Assembly (NCBI GenBank): GCA_030840645.1
Contig: JAVEEC010000020.1
Span: 173-64,172, forward strand
Source: Frankiaceae bacterium
GTDB taxonomy: Bacteria > Actinomycetota > Actinomycetes > BP-191
Reading direction: 5' to 3'
Length of the DNA stretch: 64,000 nt
Notes under the pieces: generated by a model
Told to the model about the DNA's origin: nothing
The model's input: the letters and a program-made list of their open reading frames with translations, nothing else
Databases searched by the model: none
Part shown: piece after piece, positions 28,687 through 37,360 of the stretch
Position numbering within the stretch: the first letter of the stretch is position 1
Layout: the number at the start of each line of letters is the position of its first letter
Made by a program: the position numbers and the translations under genes

Positions 28687-31464
28687 ATGGCCGCTCTCGT
28701 CGGGCGTACGGCGGAGACCGACCGGGTCCGGGCGGTGTTGCTGGGGACCGCGCGGCGCACCGGGCCGCGGGCGGTGCTCCTCACGGGCGAGGCCGGGATC
28801 GGCAAGAGCAGCCTGATCGCCGCGACGGCGCCCGCCCACGGCGTCGTCGCCCACATCGCGTTCTCCGCCGCGCCCCTCGCGGCGCCCGGCTTCGGGCTGC
28901 GTTGCCTCGCGTCCGCGCTCGGCGACGCGGGCGCGGACCTCACCGCGCAGCTCGACCACCCGGACAGCGCCGACCCGGACCGCGAGCAGCACATCTGGCA
29001 GGCCGCGAACGCCGCTGTGACCGCGGCGGGCGGCGTCCTCGTCGTCGACGACCTCCAGTGGTCGGACGGCCTCACCCTCGGCTGGCTCGGCCAGCTCGGC
29101 GACGTGCTGTGGACCCGCCGGGTCCGGCTCCTCGCCGCGGTCCGGACGGCGGGCACGCTGCCGCCGACCCTCGCCGCGGCACTCCTGCCGCTGTACCGGC
29201 GCGGGCTCGTGACCGAGGTCGGCCTCCGACCGCTGAGCACCGGCGACGTCGCGGAGGTTCTCGCGGCGGCCGGTCTGCGCGCGTCGGTGGAGACGGCCCG
29301 CCTGCTGCACGCGCGCACCGACGGCGTTCCTGTCGCCGTGACGGAGCTCGTCCGCGAGGCGCGCCGGGTCGGCGTCCACCGGCTCACCGACGAGTGGCTC
29401 AGGCGCCTGCGCGCGGGGCGGGAGATGCCGCTGTTCGCGGCGCTCGTCAACGAGCAGGTGGCCGCGCTGCCCGTCGACCCGCGCGAGCTCGCGTGGATCG
29501 CGGCGCTCGCCCCGCAGCCGGCCGACCCGCAGGTCCTGCGGGCCGCGCTCGGCTGGACCGGGCGGCGCTACCACGATGCGCGGCGCGAGCTCGTCGCGTC
29601 GGGGCTGGTCCTCGTCGACCGGGGCCTCGTGGCGTTCACGCACGACCTGCATCGCGAGGCGCTCGCCGACCTGGCACCGGACGACCGCCGCAGGGACCTG
29701 CACGCCGCGCTCGCGCAGGCGCTGATCCGCGTCGCGGGACCGGCTGCCGCGGTCGCGCCGCAGCTCGCCGCCGCCGGCGACACCGGCGCGGCCGTCGAGT
29801 GGTACCTCCGCGCGGCCGACGAGGCCGTGCAGGCGCACGACTACGGCACCGCCATCCGGCACCTGCGGCACGCGTTCGACCTCGCGGACGACGAGGGCGA
29901 CCCCGCCCGCATCGCGGCCGTCGCGCGGCAGGCGACGCAGCTCGCCCGCTGGGCCCGGCGGCCCGACGACGCGCTCGAGATCTTCGACCGGGTACGGGGC
30001 AGCCGCGTCACGGCCGCGGACCACGCCGCGCTGCTCGTGGACAAGGCGCGCCTCCTCTCCACCGCCGGCCGGTACCCGGAGGCGACGGCCCTGCTGAAGG
30101 AGGCCTTGGACGCGTACCGCGCGCTCGGCGACGACTCGGGGGTGGCGGACACGCTGGGCCGCCTCGGGTACGCGGTCGGCGGGCAGTACCCGGTCGAGCA
30201 GTACATCGCCTACGCGCGGGAGGGTCTCGCGCTCGCCGAGCGGATCGGCGACACCCTGGTCACGGTGGGGTGCCTCTCGGCGCTGGCGCTCAGCACCTAC
30301 CTCGCGGGCGACGTCACGGCGTTCGAGGTGTGGCGCCGCGCGTTCGAGGTCGCGGAGACACGGTCGGACTTCGGCATGGAGAACAGGCTCGCGCTCCTCG
30401 CGGGCAACTGGGCGACGGCCAGCTTGCTGCACGGCGACCTCGACGGGGCCCTGGTCGTCATGGACCGCGCGGCCACGCTGGTGACGCCGCTCCTGTCGAC
30501 GTACTCCCTCGCGCCGTGCCGCGCCGTCGTCGAGTGGCGGTCCGGCGCGTGGGACGCCGCTCTCGCGCGCGCCGGCGGGCTCGTCGCCGGCCAGCCGCTG
30601 GGCGCGCTGGCCCCGGCGGACCTCGTCCTCGCCGCGATCCGGCTCGAACGCGACCGGCGGATGACCACGGCCGGACTCGAGAGCGCGACCCGCCGGGCAC
30701 TCAGGACGCACGACCGCGCGTGGATGGCGGTCATCCAGGCGGTGGCCATGCGGGTCCGCGCGGCCCGGCGGGAGCCACAGCCGGAGCGCGGCCTGACCGA
30801 GGCGCTGCGCGCGATCGTGGAGTTCGACGTCCGCCAGGGGTGGGAGGACCTGCTCTGGACCACCGCGCGGATCTCGCCCGCGCTCCACGGCCAGACCGTC
30901 CGCGCCCTCGACGGCCGGGTGTCCAGCAGCCTGCGCTTCGAGCCGTGCCACGCCTACGCGGCCGCGCTCGTCGCCGCCCGGACGCGCGACACGAGCGAGG
31001 CACTGGCCGGGGCCGCGGCGCGCTTCGACGAGCTCGGCGAGCCGTACCTCGCCGCGGGGGCGCTCGCCGCCGCGGGCGAGACCGCCCGCCGGCACGACGG
31101 CGGCCGTACCGCGCTGCTCGCGGAGGCGGCCCGCCGGTTCACGGCGCTGCGCGCCGACCGCTCGCTGGCCGACCTGCTGCGCCGCAACCCCGGAGTCGGG
31201 GCGCTCGCCGGCTTCGCGGTGCCGCCCGGGCAGGCGTACGCCTCCTCGCCCGGCCTGACCCGGCGCGAGGCCGCGGTGGCCGAGCTGATGCGCCGCGGGT
31301 TGACGACGGCGGACATCGCCGAGGACCTCGGCGTCGCGCTCGGGACCGCGCGGGTGCACGTCGCCAACGTCCGCGCCAAGTTCGGCGGGGTCCGCAAGAG
31401 CCAGGTCGCGCGCCTGCTGAACGAGTCGGAGCCGTTCCGCGGCTGGATGGACGCCGGGAGTTAG
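28687..31464 (+). CDS. LAL-type (large ATP-binding LuxR family) transcriptional regulator
   Basis: 925 aa. N-terminal Walker A LLTGEAGIGKSS, a long helical/TPR-like middle, and a C-terminal LuxR HTH LTRREAAVAELMRRGLTTADIAEDLGVALGTARVHVANVRAKFG. Confidence 0.9.
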   Translation: MAALVGRTAETDRVRAVLLGTARRTGPRAVLLTGEAGIGKSSLIAATAPAHGVVAHIAFSAAPLAAPGFGLRCLASALGDAGADLTAQLDHPDSADPDREQHIWQAANAAVTAAGGVLVVDDLQWSDGLTLGWLGQLGDVLWTRRVRLLAAVRTAGTLPPTLAAALLPLYRRGLVTEVGLRPLSTGDVAEVLAAAGLRASVETARLLHARTDGVPVAVTELVREARRVGVHRLTDEWLRRLRAGREMPLFAALVNEQVAALPVDPRELAWIAALAPQPADPQVLRAALGWTGRRYHDARRELVASGLVLVDRGLVAFTHDLHREALADLAPDDRRRDLHAALAQALIRVAGPAAAVAPQLAAAGDTGAAVEWYLRAADEAVQAHDYGTAIRHLRHAFDLADDEGDPARIAAVARQATQLARWARRPDDALEIFDRVRGSRVTAADHAALLVDKARLLSTAGRYPEATALLKEALDAYRALGDDSGVADTLGRLGYAVGGQYPVEQYIAYAREGLALAERIGDTLVTVGCLSALALSTYLAGDVTAFEVWRRAFEVAETRSDFGMENRLALLAGNWATASLLHGDLDGALVVMDRAATLVTPLLSTYSLAPCRAVVEWRSGAWDAALARAGGLVAGQPLGALAPADLVLAAIRLERDRRMTTAGLESATRRALRTHDRAWMAVIQAVAMRVRAARREPQPERGLTEALRAIVEFDVRQGWEDLLWTTARISPALHGQTVRALDGRVSSSLRFEPCHAYAAALVAARTRDTSEALAGAAARFDELGEPYLAAGALAAAGETARRHDGGRTALLAEAARRFTALRADRSLADLLRRNPGVGALAGFAVPPGQAYASSPGLTRREAAVAELMRRGLTTADIAEDLGVALGTARVHVANVRAKFGGVRKSQVARLLNESEPFRGWMDAGS

Positions 31465-31479
31465 GGAGACCTAACATGC
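31461..31479. promoter_or_regulatory. IdeR/DtxR-like iron-box candidate upstream of bfd
   Basis: TTAGGGAGACCTAA (TTAGG-N4-CCTAA palindrome) lies 5-23 nt before the bfd GTG. It is the reverse complement of the motif at 32297..32310. Confidence 0.4.
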
Positions 31480-31483
31480 CTGC

Positions 31484-31693
31484 GTGTACATCTGCCACTG
31501 CCGCGCCGTGACCGAACGCACGGTCCGCGCCGCGGTCGCGGCGGGCGCGGGCTCGGTGGAGGAGATCGGGCGGCGCTGCACCGCGGGCACGCACTGCGGC
31601 GCCTGCCACCCCGAGCTGGAGCGGCTACTGTCCGAACGCCGGCGCCCCCCGGGTGACGCGGTGGTCGACCTGCGGAGCTGGAGGCACGCGTGA
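31484..31693 (+). CDS. bfd: Bacterioferritin-associated ferredoxin (2Fe-2S)
   Basis: 69 aa, VYICHCRAVTE...CTAGTHCGACHPE with four-Cys BFD-type spacing, directly upstream of bfr. Confidence 0.85.
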   Translation: MYICHCRAVTERTVRAAVAAGAGSVEEIGRRCTAGTHCGACHPELERLLSERRRPPGDAVVDLRSWRHA

Positions 31694-32160
31694 GAGGGCA
31701 CCAGGACGTCATCGACCTGCTCAACGAGGTCCTGACCGCCGAGCTGACGGCGATCAACCAGTACTTCGTCGACGCGAAGATGATCGGCAACTGGGGCTAC
31801 GCGCGCCTCGCCGAGCACTTCCGCGAGGACTCGATCGACGAGATGCGCGACGCGGAGCGGCTGGTCGACCGCATCCTGTTCCTCGAGGGCATGCCGAACC
31901 TCCAGCGCCTCGGCACCGTCCGGGTCGGCGAGACCGTCACGGAGAAGCTCGAGCTGGCCCTCGCCGTCGAGCACGAGGCCGTCGAACGCCTCAACCGCGC
32001 GATCGCGGCCTCGGTCGCGGTCGGCGACAACGGCAGCCGCGACGTGTTCGCCGAGATCCTGCGCGGCGAGGAGGAGCACGCCGACTGGCTGGAGACGCAG
32101 CTCGGCCTGATCCGCCACCTGGGCGAGGCCGCGTACCTCGCGGAGCAGCTCGGCTCGTAA
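31690..32160 (+). CDS. bfr: Bacterioferritin
   Basis: 156 aa. LNEVLTAELTAINQYF, EHFREDSIDEMRDAE and EEEHADWLETQL, i.e. ferroxidase-centre ligands and a heme-Met context. The GTG start overlaps the bfd stop (GTGA). Confidence 0.95.
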   Translation: MRGHQDVIDLLNEVLTAELTAINQYFVDAKMIGNWGYARLAEHFREDSIDEMRDAERLVDRILFLEGMPNLQRLGTVRVGETVTEKLELALAVEHEAVERLNRAIAASVAVGDNGSRDVFAEILRGEEEHADWLETQLGLIRHLGEAAYLAEQLGS

Positions 32161-32296
32161 CCCGGCGAACGCCCCCACCGCCCGTCCCGCGACACCCGCC
32201 GCCCCCCGCGCTAAGAATCGGTGAGTAGCGACGCCGCCGTTCACCGGTTCCGGAGCGTGAGGTACGGGGTGGTTTGACGCGGGGCGCGGGGTGCGC

Positions 32297-32330
32297 TTAG
32301 GTCTCCCTTACTTAGGTTGACCTAACTTAG
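32297..32330. promoter_or_regulatory. Two adjacent IdeR/DtxR-like iron boxes upstream of the heme operon
   Basis: TTAGGTCTCCCTTA (32297..32310) and TTAGGTTGACCTAACTTAG (32312..32330). The second matches 14/19 positions of the IdeR consensus TTAGGTTAGGCTAACCTAA. It ends at the AGGAG RBS of the 32339 gene. Confidence 0.5.
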
Positions 32331-32338
32331 GAGTACGG

Positions 32339-32635
32339 ATGTCCGACCGCCCGTTCGACAGCGCGGTCGTGGCCGCGGTCACGACGCACGTCAACGACGA
32401 CCACGCCGACCACTGCCTCGACATCGTCCGCGGCCTGGGCAACCTGCCCCGCGCCACCGAGGCCTGCCTCGACGACATCGACGGCGCGGCCGCGACGTTC
32501 GCCGCCGTCATCGACGGCACCGTCGTCCGCGTCCGGGTGCCGTGGACCCGCCGGATCGCCGACCGCGCCGAGATCCGCGCCGAGGTCGTCGCGATGCACG
32601 AGCGCGCGGCCGCCGCGCTCGCGGGCGCCCGGTGA
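32339..32635 (+). CDS. DUF2470-like small protein (heme-utilisation associated)
   Basis: 98 aa. The VNDDHADHCLDIVRGLG motif is typical of DUF2470 (C-terminal domain of HugZ-like heme proteins). First gene of the heme operon. Confidence 0.55.
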   Translation: MSDRPFDSAVVAAVTTHVNDDHADHCLDIVRGLGNLPRATEACLDDIDGAAATFAAVIDGTVVRVRVPWTRRIADRAEIRAEVVAMHERAAAALAGAR

Positions 32636-33429
32636 GCGGGCTCCGTACGGCCCTCGCCGCCACCGCCCTCGGCGCCACCGCACTGGCGGGGCCCGCCGCC
32701 GCCGCGCCCCGCGTGACCGTGCTGCCCTGGACGACCGGCCTCGACCCGGCCGGTCAGGCGCTGACCGTGCGCGGCAGCGGCTTCGACCCGACCGCCAACG
32801 GCGGGGTCGGCATCTACGTCGTGTTCGGCCCGAAGGGCGCCGACTACTCCACCAACGCCGACCGGTACGAGGCCGCGAAGTGGGTCCGTACGGCCGCCTT
32901 CGGGGGCGCGGGGCAGAGCGAGCTGCGGAGCGACGGGACGTTCGAGGTGACGCTGCCCGGGCTCAAGGCGAAGTACCTCGACGCGAACGACCGGCTGGTC
33001 GACTGCTACCGCGACGGCTGCCAGGTGATGACGTTCACCGCGCACGGCATCCCCGACAGGGGCAACGACACGTTCACGCCGGTGTCGTTCGCGACCGGGA
33101 AGCCCGCTCCCGTAGGGCGCGCGGTGGTGCCGTACCGGCCGGGCGCCACGCCGCGAGCCGGCGCGACCGCGACGCCGGCGGCCGCCCAGCGGGCCACGGG
33201 CGGCCCGCCCGTCGGCAGCCCGGCACCGAGCGCGGCGGCGGTCGTACCCACCGGGACCGTCAGCCCCACCGCCAGCGGTACGCCCGCCGCGGAGCCGGAC
33301 ATCGCGGCGCCGCCGCCGCTAAGGCGCTCCTCGACGGCGCCCGTCGCCGCGAGCGTCGTCGTCGGGCTGGCCGGCGGGGCCGGCGCGACGTACGCGCTCC
33401 GCCGCCGGTCCGTCAGGCGGGCGTCGTGA
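32632..33429 (+). CDS. Secreted, C-terminally membrane-anchored protein, putative cell-surface heme-binding protein (paralogue A)
   Basis: GTGA overlap start. Signal peptide [25 protein letters not shown]. Module TVRGSGFDP...GIYVVF...DCYRDGCQVMTFTAH. Pro/Ala linker, TM helix, then RRRSVRR. The function is inferred from operon context only. Confidence 0.6.
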   Translation: MSGLRTALAATALGATALAGPAAAAPRVTVLPWTTGLDPAGQALTVRGSGFDPTANGGVGIYVVFGPKGADYSTNADRYEAAKWVRTAAFGGAGQSELRSDGTFEVTLPGLKAKYLDANDRLVDCYRDGCQVMTFTAHGIPDRGNDTFTPVSFATGKPAPVGRAVVPYRPGATPRAGATATPAAAQRATGGPPVGSPAPSAAAVVPTGTVSPTASGTPAAEPDIAAPPPLRRSSTAPVAASVVVGLAGGAGATYALRRRSVRRAS

Positions 33430-34031
33430 CCGCGCTGCGCGACGCCACGCGCGGCGACCACGCCCGCACCGAGCGGTCGCCGTTCGTCACGGCGCTGCTC
33501 GGCGGCGTGCTCGACCGCGCCGCGTACGCCGACCTGCTCGCGCAGTGGCACGCGGTCTACAGCGCGCTGGAGTCGGCCGGGGACGCGTTCGCGGCCGACC
33601 CGGTCGCCGGTCCGTTCGTCGACCAGGACCTGCGCCGGGTGCCCGCGCTCGCGGCGGACCTCGCGTACCTGGCCGGGCCGTCCTGGCCGGCCGAGCACCC
33701 GCTCACCGCCGCGACCGGCCGGTACGTCGCGCGGATCGCCGCGAGCCGCGAGCCGCTGGCGTTCCTCGCGCACCACTACACCCGCTACCTCGGCGACCTC
33801 TCCGGCGGGCAGGTGATCGGCCGGGCGGTACGGAGCGCGTACGCGCTGGACGGCGGCGGCGCGACGTTCTTCACGTTCGCCGCGATCCCCGACGCGAAGG
33901 CGTACAAGGACGCCTACCGTGCCCGGCTCGACGCGCTACCGCCCGGAGCGCTGACCGCCGAGGTGTCGGTGGCGTACGGCCACAACGCCGCGGTCTTCGC
34001 GGCGCTCGCCGAACGCCACCTCGCGCCGTGA
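33426..34031 (+). CDS. hmuO: Heme oxygenase (biliverdin-producing)
   Basis: 201 aa. The HHYTRYLGDLSGGQ signature of canonical HO, plus N-terminal LRDATRGDHARTE. GTGA overlap start. Confidence 0.85.
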   Translation: MTALRDATRGDHARTERSPFVTALLGGVLDRAAYADLLAQWHAVYSALESAGDAFAADPVAGPFVDQDLRRVPALAADLAYLAGPSWPAEHPLTAATGRYVARIAASREPLAFLAHHYTRYLGDLSGGQVIGRAVRSAYALDGGGATFFTFAAIPDAKAYKDAYRARLDALPPGALTAEVSVAYGHNAAVFAALAERHLAP

Positions 34032-34549
34032 TCGCGCTCCTGCTCGCCCTCGCCTCCCCCGCCATCACGGTGTCGGACGCCGACGGGCTGCGGCCGGGCG
34101 GCGACACGGTCGTCGTGTCGGGCAGTGGGTTCGACGTGACGAAGGGGGTGTACGTCGCGTTCTGCGTCGACCGCGGCCCCGGCGTGCGGCCGACGCCCTG
34201 CGGCGGCGGCGCCGACACGACGGGGGCGAGCGGCGGCTCGCAATGGGTGTCGTCGGACCCGCCGCCGTACGGCCGCGGCCTCGCGGTGCCGTACGGCCCG
34301 GGCGGGACGTTCACCGTCCGGCTCGCGGTGAGCGCGAAGATCGGGACGTACGACTGCCGCGACGTCCGCTGCGCGGTCGTCACGCGCGCCGACCACACCC
34401 GCACCGAGGACCGGACGCAGGACGCACGGGTGCCGGTGACGTTCGCCGCCCCCGCGACGAACGGCCCGATGCCGCTCGCGGCCGGTGTCGGCGCCGCGAG
34501 CGTCGGCGCTCTCGGCGTGGCGCTGCTCGGCCGCCGGCGGCGAACGTGA
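34028..34549 (+). CDS. Secreted, C-terminally membrane-anchored protein, putative heme-binding protein (paralogue B)
   Basis: GTGA overlap start. VVSGSGFDVTKGVYVAF...YDCRDVRCAVVTRADH parallels paralogue A. C-terminal TM plus GRRRRT. Confidence 0.55.
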   Translation: MIALLLALASPAITVSDADGLRPGGDTVVVSGSGFDVTKGVYVAFCVDRGPGVRPTPCGGGADTTGASGGSQWVSSDPPPYGRGLAVPYGPGGTFTVRLAVSAKIGTYDCRDVRCAVVTRADHTRTEDRTQDARVPVTFAAPATNGPMPLAAGVGAASVGALGVALLGRRRRT

Positions 34550-35535
34550 TCCGCGTCGCCGCCACCGCAGTCGCGGTCGCGCTGCTGGGCGCGAGCGGCT
34601 GCGCGGCAACGTCGCGCGCCGCAGGTCCCGCCTGCACGCCCGTCACGCTCTCGGTCGACGACCGGGTCGACGCGCTGCCCGCGCCGGTGCCGCGGCTGCC
34701 GGTCACCGTACGTTCCGCCGACGGCCGCGACGTCACCGTCCGCGACGCGTCGCGCATCCTCGCCGTGAACCTCTACGGCTCCCTCGCCGAGATCGTCTAC
34801 GGCCTCGGCCTCGGCGCCCGCCTGGTCGGGCGCGACCGTTCCACGACGTTCGCGGGCGCGCGGAACCTTCCGCTCGTCACCGGCACCGGCCACGACCTCG
34901 CGGCCGAGGCGGTGCTCCGCCTCGACCCGACCGTCGTGATCACCGACGGCAGCATCGGCCCGAACGCCGTCCTCGCCCAGCTCCGCGCGGCCGGCGTCCC
35001 CGTCGTCCTCGTCGACGACGAGCAGTCGGTCGCCGGTGTCGCGACCCACGTCCGCGCGGTCGCGGCCGCGCTCGGCGTGCGCGACGCCGGCGAACACCTC
35101 GCCGCCAGGATCGGCCGCGACCTGCTCGCCGCACGGCCGGGCGCCGCGACGACGAAGCCGGTCGTCGCGTTCCTCTACCTGCGCGGCAGCGCGGGCGTCT
35201 ATCTCCTCGGCGGCGACGGCGCCGGCTCCGACGACCTGATCGAGGCCGCGGGCGGGATCGACGCAGGCACCCGGGCGCACCTGCAACGGTTCCGCCCGAT
35301 CACCAGCGAGGCGCTCGCCGCCGCGCGGCCGGACGTCATCCTGGTCATGACCGGCTCGCTCGCCTCGGTCGGGGGCGTGGACGGGCTGCTGGCGATGCCG
35401 GGCATCGCGCAGACGCCGGCCGCCGCCCACCGGCGGGTGATCGCTGTCGACGACGGGCTGCTGCTGTCGTTCGGTACGCGCACCCCACGGGTCGTCAGCG
35501 CCCTCGCGAACGCGCTGCGCGAGCCCTGCCCGTGA
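34546..35535 (+). CDS. hmuT: Hemin ABC transporter substrate-binding lipoprotein
   Basis: Lipobox VALLGASGC. Class III (FecB/HmuT-like) periplasmic-binding pattern: RILAVNLYGSLAEIVYGLGLGARLVG...DPTVVIT...PDVILVM. GTGA overlap start. Confidence 0.8.
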   Translation: MIRVAATAVAVALLGASGCAATSRAAGPACTPVTLSVDDRVDALPAPVPRLPVTVRSADGRDVTVRDASRILAVNLYGSLAEIVYGLGLGARLVGRDRSTTFAGARNLPLVTGTGHDLAAEAVLRLDPTVVITDGSIGPNAVLAQLRAAGVPVVLVDDEQSVAGVATHVRAVAAALGVRDAGEHLAARIGRDLLAARPGAATTKPVVAFLYLRGSAGVYLLGGDGAGSDDLIEAAGGIDAGTRAHLQRFRPITSEALAAARPDVILVMTGSLASVGGVDGLLAMPGIAQTPAAAHRRVIAVDDGLLLSFGTRTPRVVSALANALREPCP

Positions 35536-36557
35536 CCGCCCGCGTCTGCGTCGCGCTCGGCGTGACGCTGCTCGCGCTCTGCGTCGTCGCGGCGGGCGCC
35601 GGCCAGCTGCACGTCTCCCCCGCCGAGGTGCTCGGCTCGGTGCTGCACCGGATCGGCGTCGACGCGGGCCCGCTGCCGCGAGCGGCACAGGGCGAGAACG
35701 TCCTCTGGCTGGTGCGGTTCCCCCGCATCGCGCTCGCTGTCGTCGTCGGGGCGTCGCTCGGCTGCGCGGGCGCGGTGATGCAGGGCGTGTTCCGCAACCC
35801 GCTCGCCGAGCCCGGCGTCGTCGGCGTCTCGGCGGGCAGCGCGCTCGGCGCGGCGCTCGTCCTGGTCAGCGGCGCGTCGGCGCTCGGCGCGTGGACGCTG
35901 CCGGCGGGCGGCTTCGCGGGCGGCGTCGTCGCGTCCCTCGCTGTGTACTTCCTCGCGCGGTCGGGGGGCCGGACCGAGGTCGTCACGCTGGTGCTGACCG
36001 GCGTCGCCGTGAACGCGTTCGCCGGGGCGGGCATCGGGCTGATGACGTTCGCGGCGGACGGCCCGCGGCTGCGCGCGATCGCGACGTTCAACCTCGGCAG
36101 CCTCGCGGGCGCGACCTGGCCCGCCGTCGCCGCCGTACTGCCGGTCGCGGTCGCCGGCGTCGCCGTCAGCCTCCGCTGCGCCCGCCGCCTCGACCTGCTC
36201 GCCCTCGGCGAGGGCGCCGCCGGGCATCTCGGCGTGCGGGTGCAGCGCCTGACGTTCGCGCTCGTCGTCGCGGTCTCGCTGCTGACCGCGGCGGCGACGG
36301 CGTTCACCGGCATCGTCGTGTTCGTCGGCCTGGTCGTGCCGCACGTCGTCCGCCTGGCTGCCGGGCCGGCCCACCGCGTCGTCGTCCCCGCGAGCGCCCT
36401 CGGCGGGGCGGTCGTCCTCGTCGCCGCCGACCTCGTGGCGCGCACCGCCGTCGCCGGGCAGGAGCTGCCGCTCGGCGTCCTCACCTCGCTGGTCGGCGGC
36501 CCCTTCTTCCTCTGGCTGCTCCGCCGGGCCCGCGCGGAGAGCGGCGGCTGGGCGTGA
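35532..36557 (+). CDS. hmuU: Hemin ABC transporter permease (FecCD family)
   Basis: 341 aa, about 9-10 TM helices. Family motifs RFPRIALAVVVGASLGCAGAVMQGVFRNPLAEPGVVGVSAG and PLGVLTSLVGGPFFLWLL. Confidence 0.9.
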   Translation: MTARVCVALGVTLLALCVVAAGAGQLHVSPAEVLGSVLHRIGVDAGPLPRAAQGENVLWLVRFPRIALAVVVGASLGCAGAVMQGVFRNPLAEPGVVGVSAGSALGAALVLVSGASALGAWTLPAGGFAGGVVASLAVYFLARSGGRTEVVTLVLTGVAVNAFAGAGIGLMTFAADGPRLRAIATFNLGSLAGATWPAVAAVLPVAVAGVAVSLRCARRLDLLALGEGAAGHLGVRVQRLTFALVVAVSLLTAAATAFTGIVVFVGLVVPHVVRLAAGPAHRVVVPASALGGAVVLVAADLVARTAVAGQELPLGVLTSLVGGPFFLWLLRRARAESGGWA

Positions 36558-37360
36558 CGGCTCTCGCGGCGTGCGGTGTCCGCGTCGAACGCTGCGGCCG
36601 GACCGTTCTCGCTGCCTCCCTGTTCGCGAGCTATGGCGAGCTGGTCGCGGTCGCCGGACCGAACGGCGCGGGCAAGTCGACGCTGCTCGCCACGCTCGCC
36701 GGCGACGTCTCGCCCGTCGCGGGCGAGGTGCGCCTCGACGGGCGGCCGATCGGCTCGTACCCGCCCGCCACTCTCGCCCGGCTGCGCAGCGTGCTGCCGC
36801 AACGGTCGGCGGTGACGTTCCCGTTCCGCGTCGCGGAGGTCGTCGCGATGGGCCGCGCGGCCTGGGCCGGCACGCCGCGCGCCGCGTTCGACGACGCGGC
36901 GGTCGAGGCGGCGCTGGGCACGACGGAGCTCGCGGCGTTGCGGCAGCGGCCGGTCACCCGGCTGTCCGGCGGCGAGCAGGCCAGGGTCGCCCTCGCCCGC
37001 GTCCTCGCGCAGGACACGCCGGTCGTGCTGCTCGACGAGCCGACCGCGTCGCTCGACCTGCGGCACCAGGAACGCGTCCTCCGCGAAGCACGCCGCCTCG
37101 CGGACGCCGGGCGCGCGGTGGTCGCCGTGCTGCACGACCTCGGCGCCGCGGCGGCGTACGCCGACACGGTCGTGCTGCTCCACCGCGGCCGGGTCGTCGC
37201 CGCGGGGCCGCCGGGCGAGGTGCTCGACCCGGCCGTCGTCTCCGCGGTGTACGACCAGCCGGTCGACGTCGTCCGGCACCCGGTGACCGGAGCGCCGCTC
37301 GTCACGCCGCGCCGTGACGCCCGGTCCGGCGCGGGCGCGCGCACTACAGTTCTGGGGTGA
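36554..37360 (+). CDS. hmuV: Hemin ABC transporter ATP-binding protein
   Basis: Walker A GPNGAGKST, signature LSGGEQ, Walker B VLLLDEPT, H-loop VLHDL. GTGA overlap start. Confidence 0.9.
   Translation: MTALAACGVRVERCGRTVLAASLFASYGELVAVAGPNGAGKSTLLATLAGDVSPVAGEVRLDGRPIGSYPPATLARLRSVLPQRSAVTFPFRVAEVVAMGRAAWAGTPRAAFDDAAVEAALGTTELAALRQRPVTRLSGGEQARVALARVLAQDTPVVLLDEPTASLDLRHQERVLREARRLADAGRAVVAVLHDLGAAAAYADTVVLLHRGRVVAAGPPGEVLDPAVVSAVYDQPVDVVRHPVTGAPLVTPRRDARSGAGARTTVLG

Noticed and set aside
28327-31359. 1010-aa ORF antisense to the LAL regulator
   Set aside because: It has an Arg/Pro/Gly-dominated composition and no motifs. The sense frame has Walker A and LuxR HTH motifs and normal GC3 usage.
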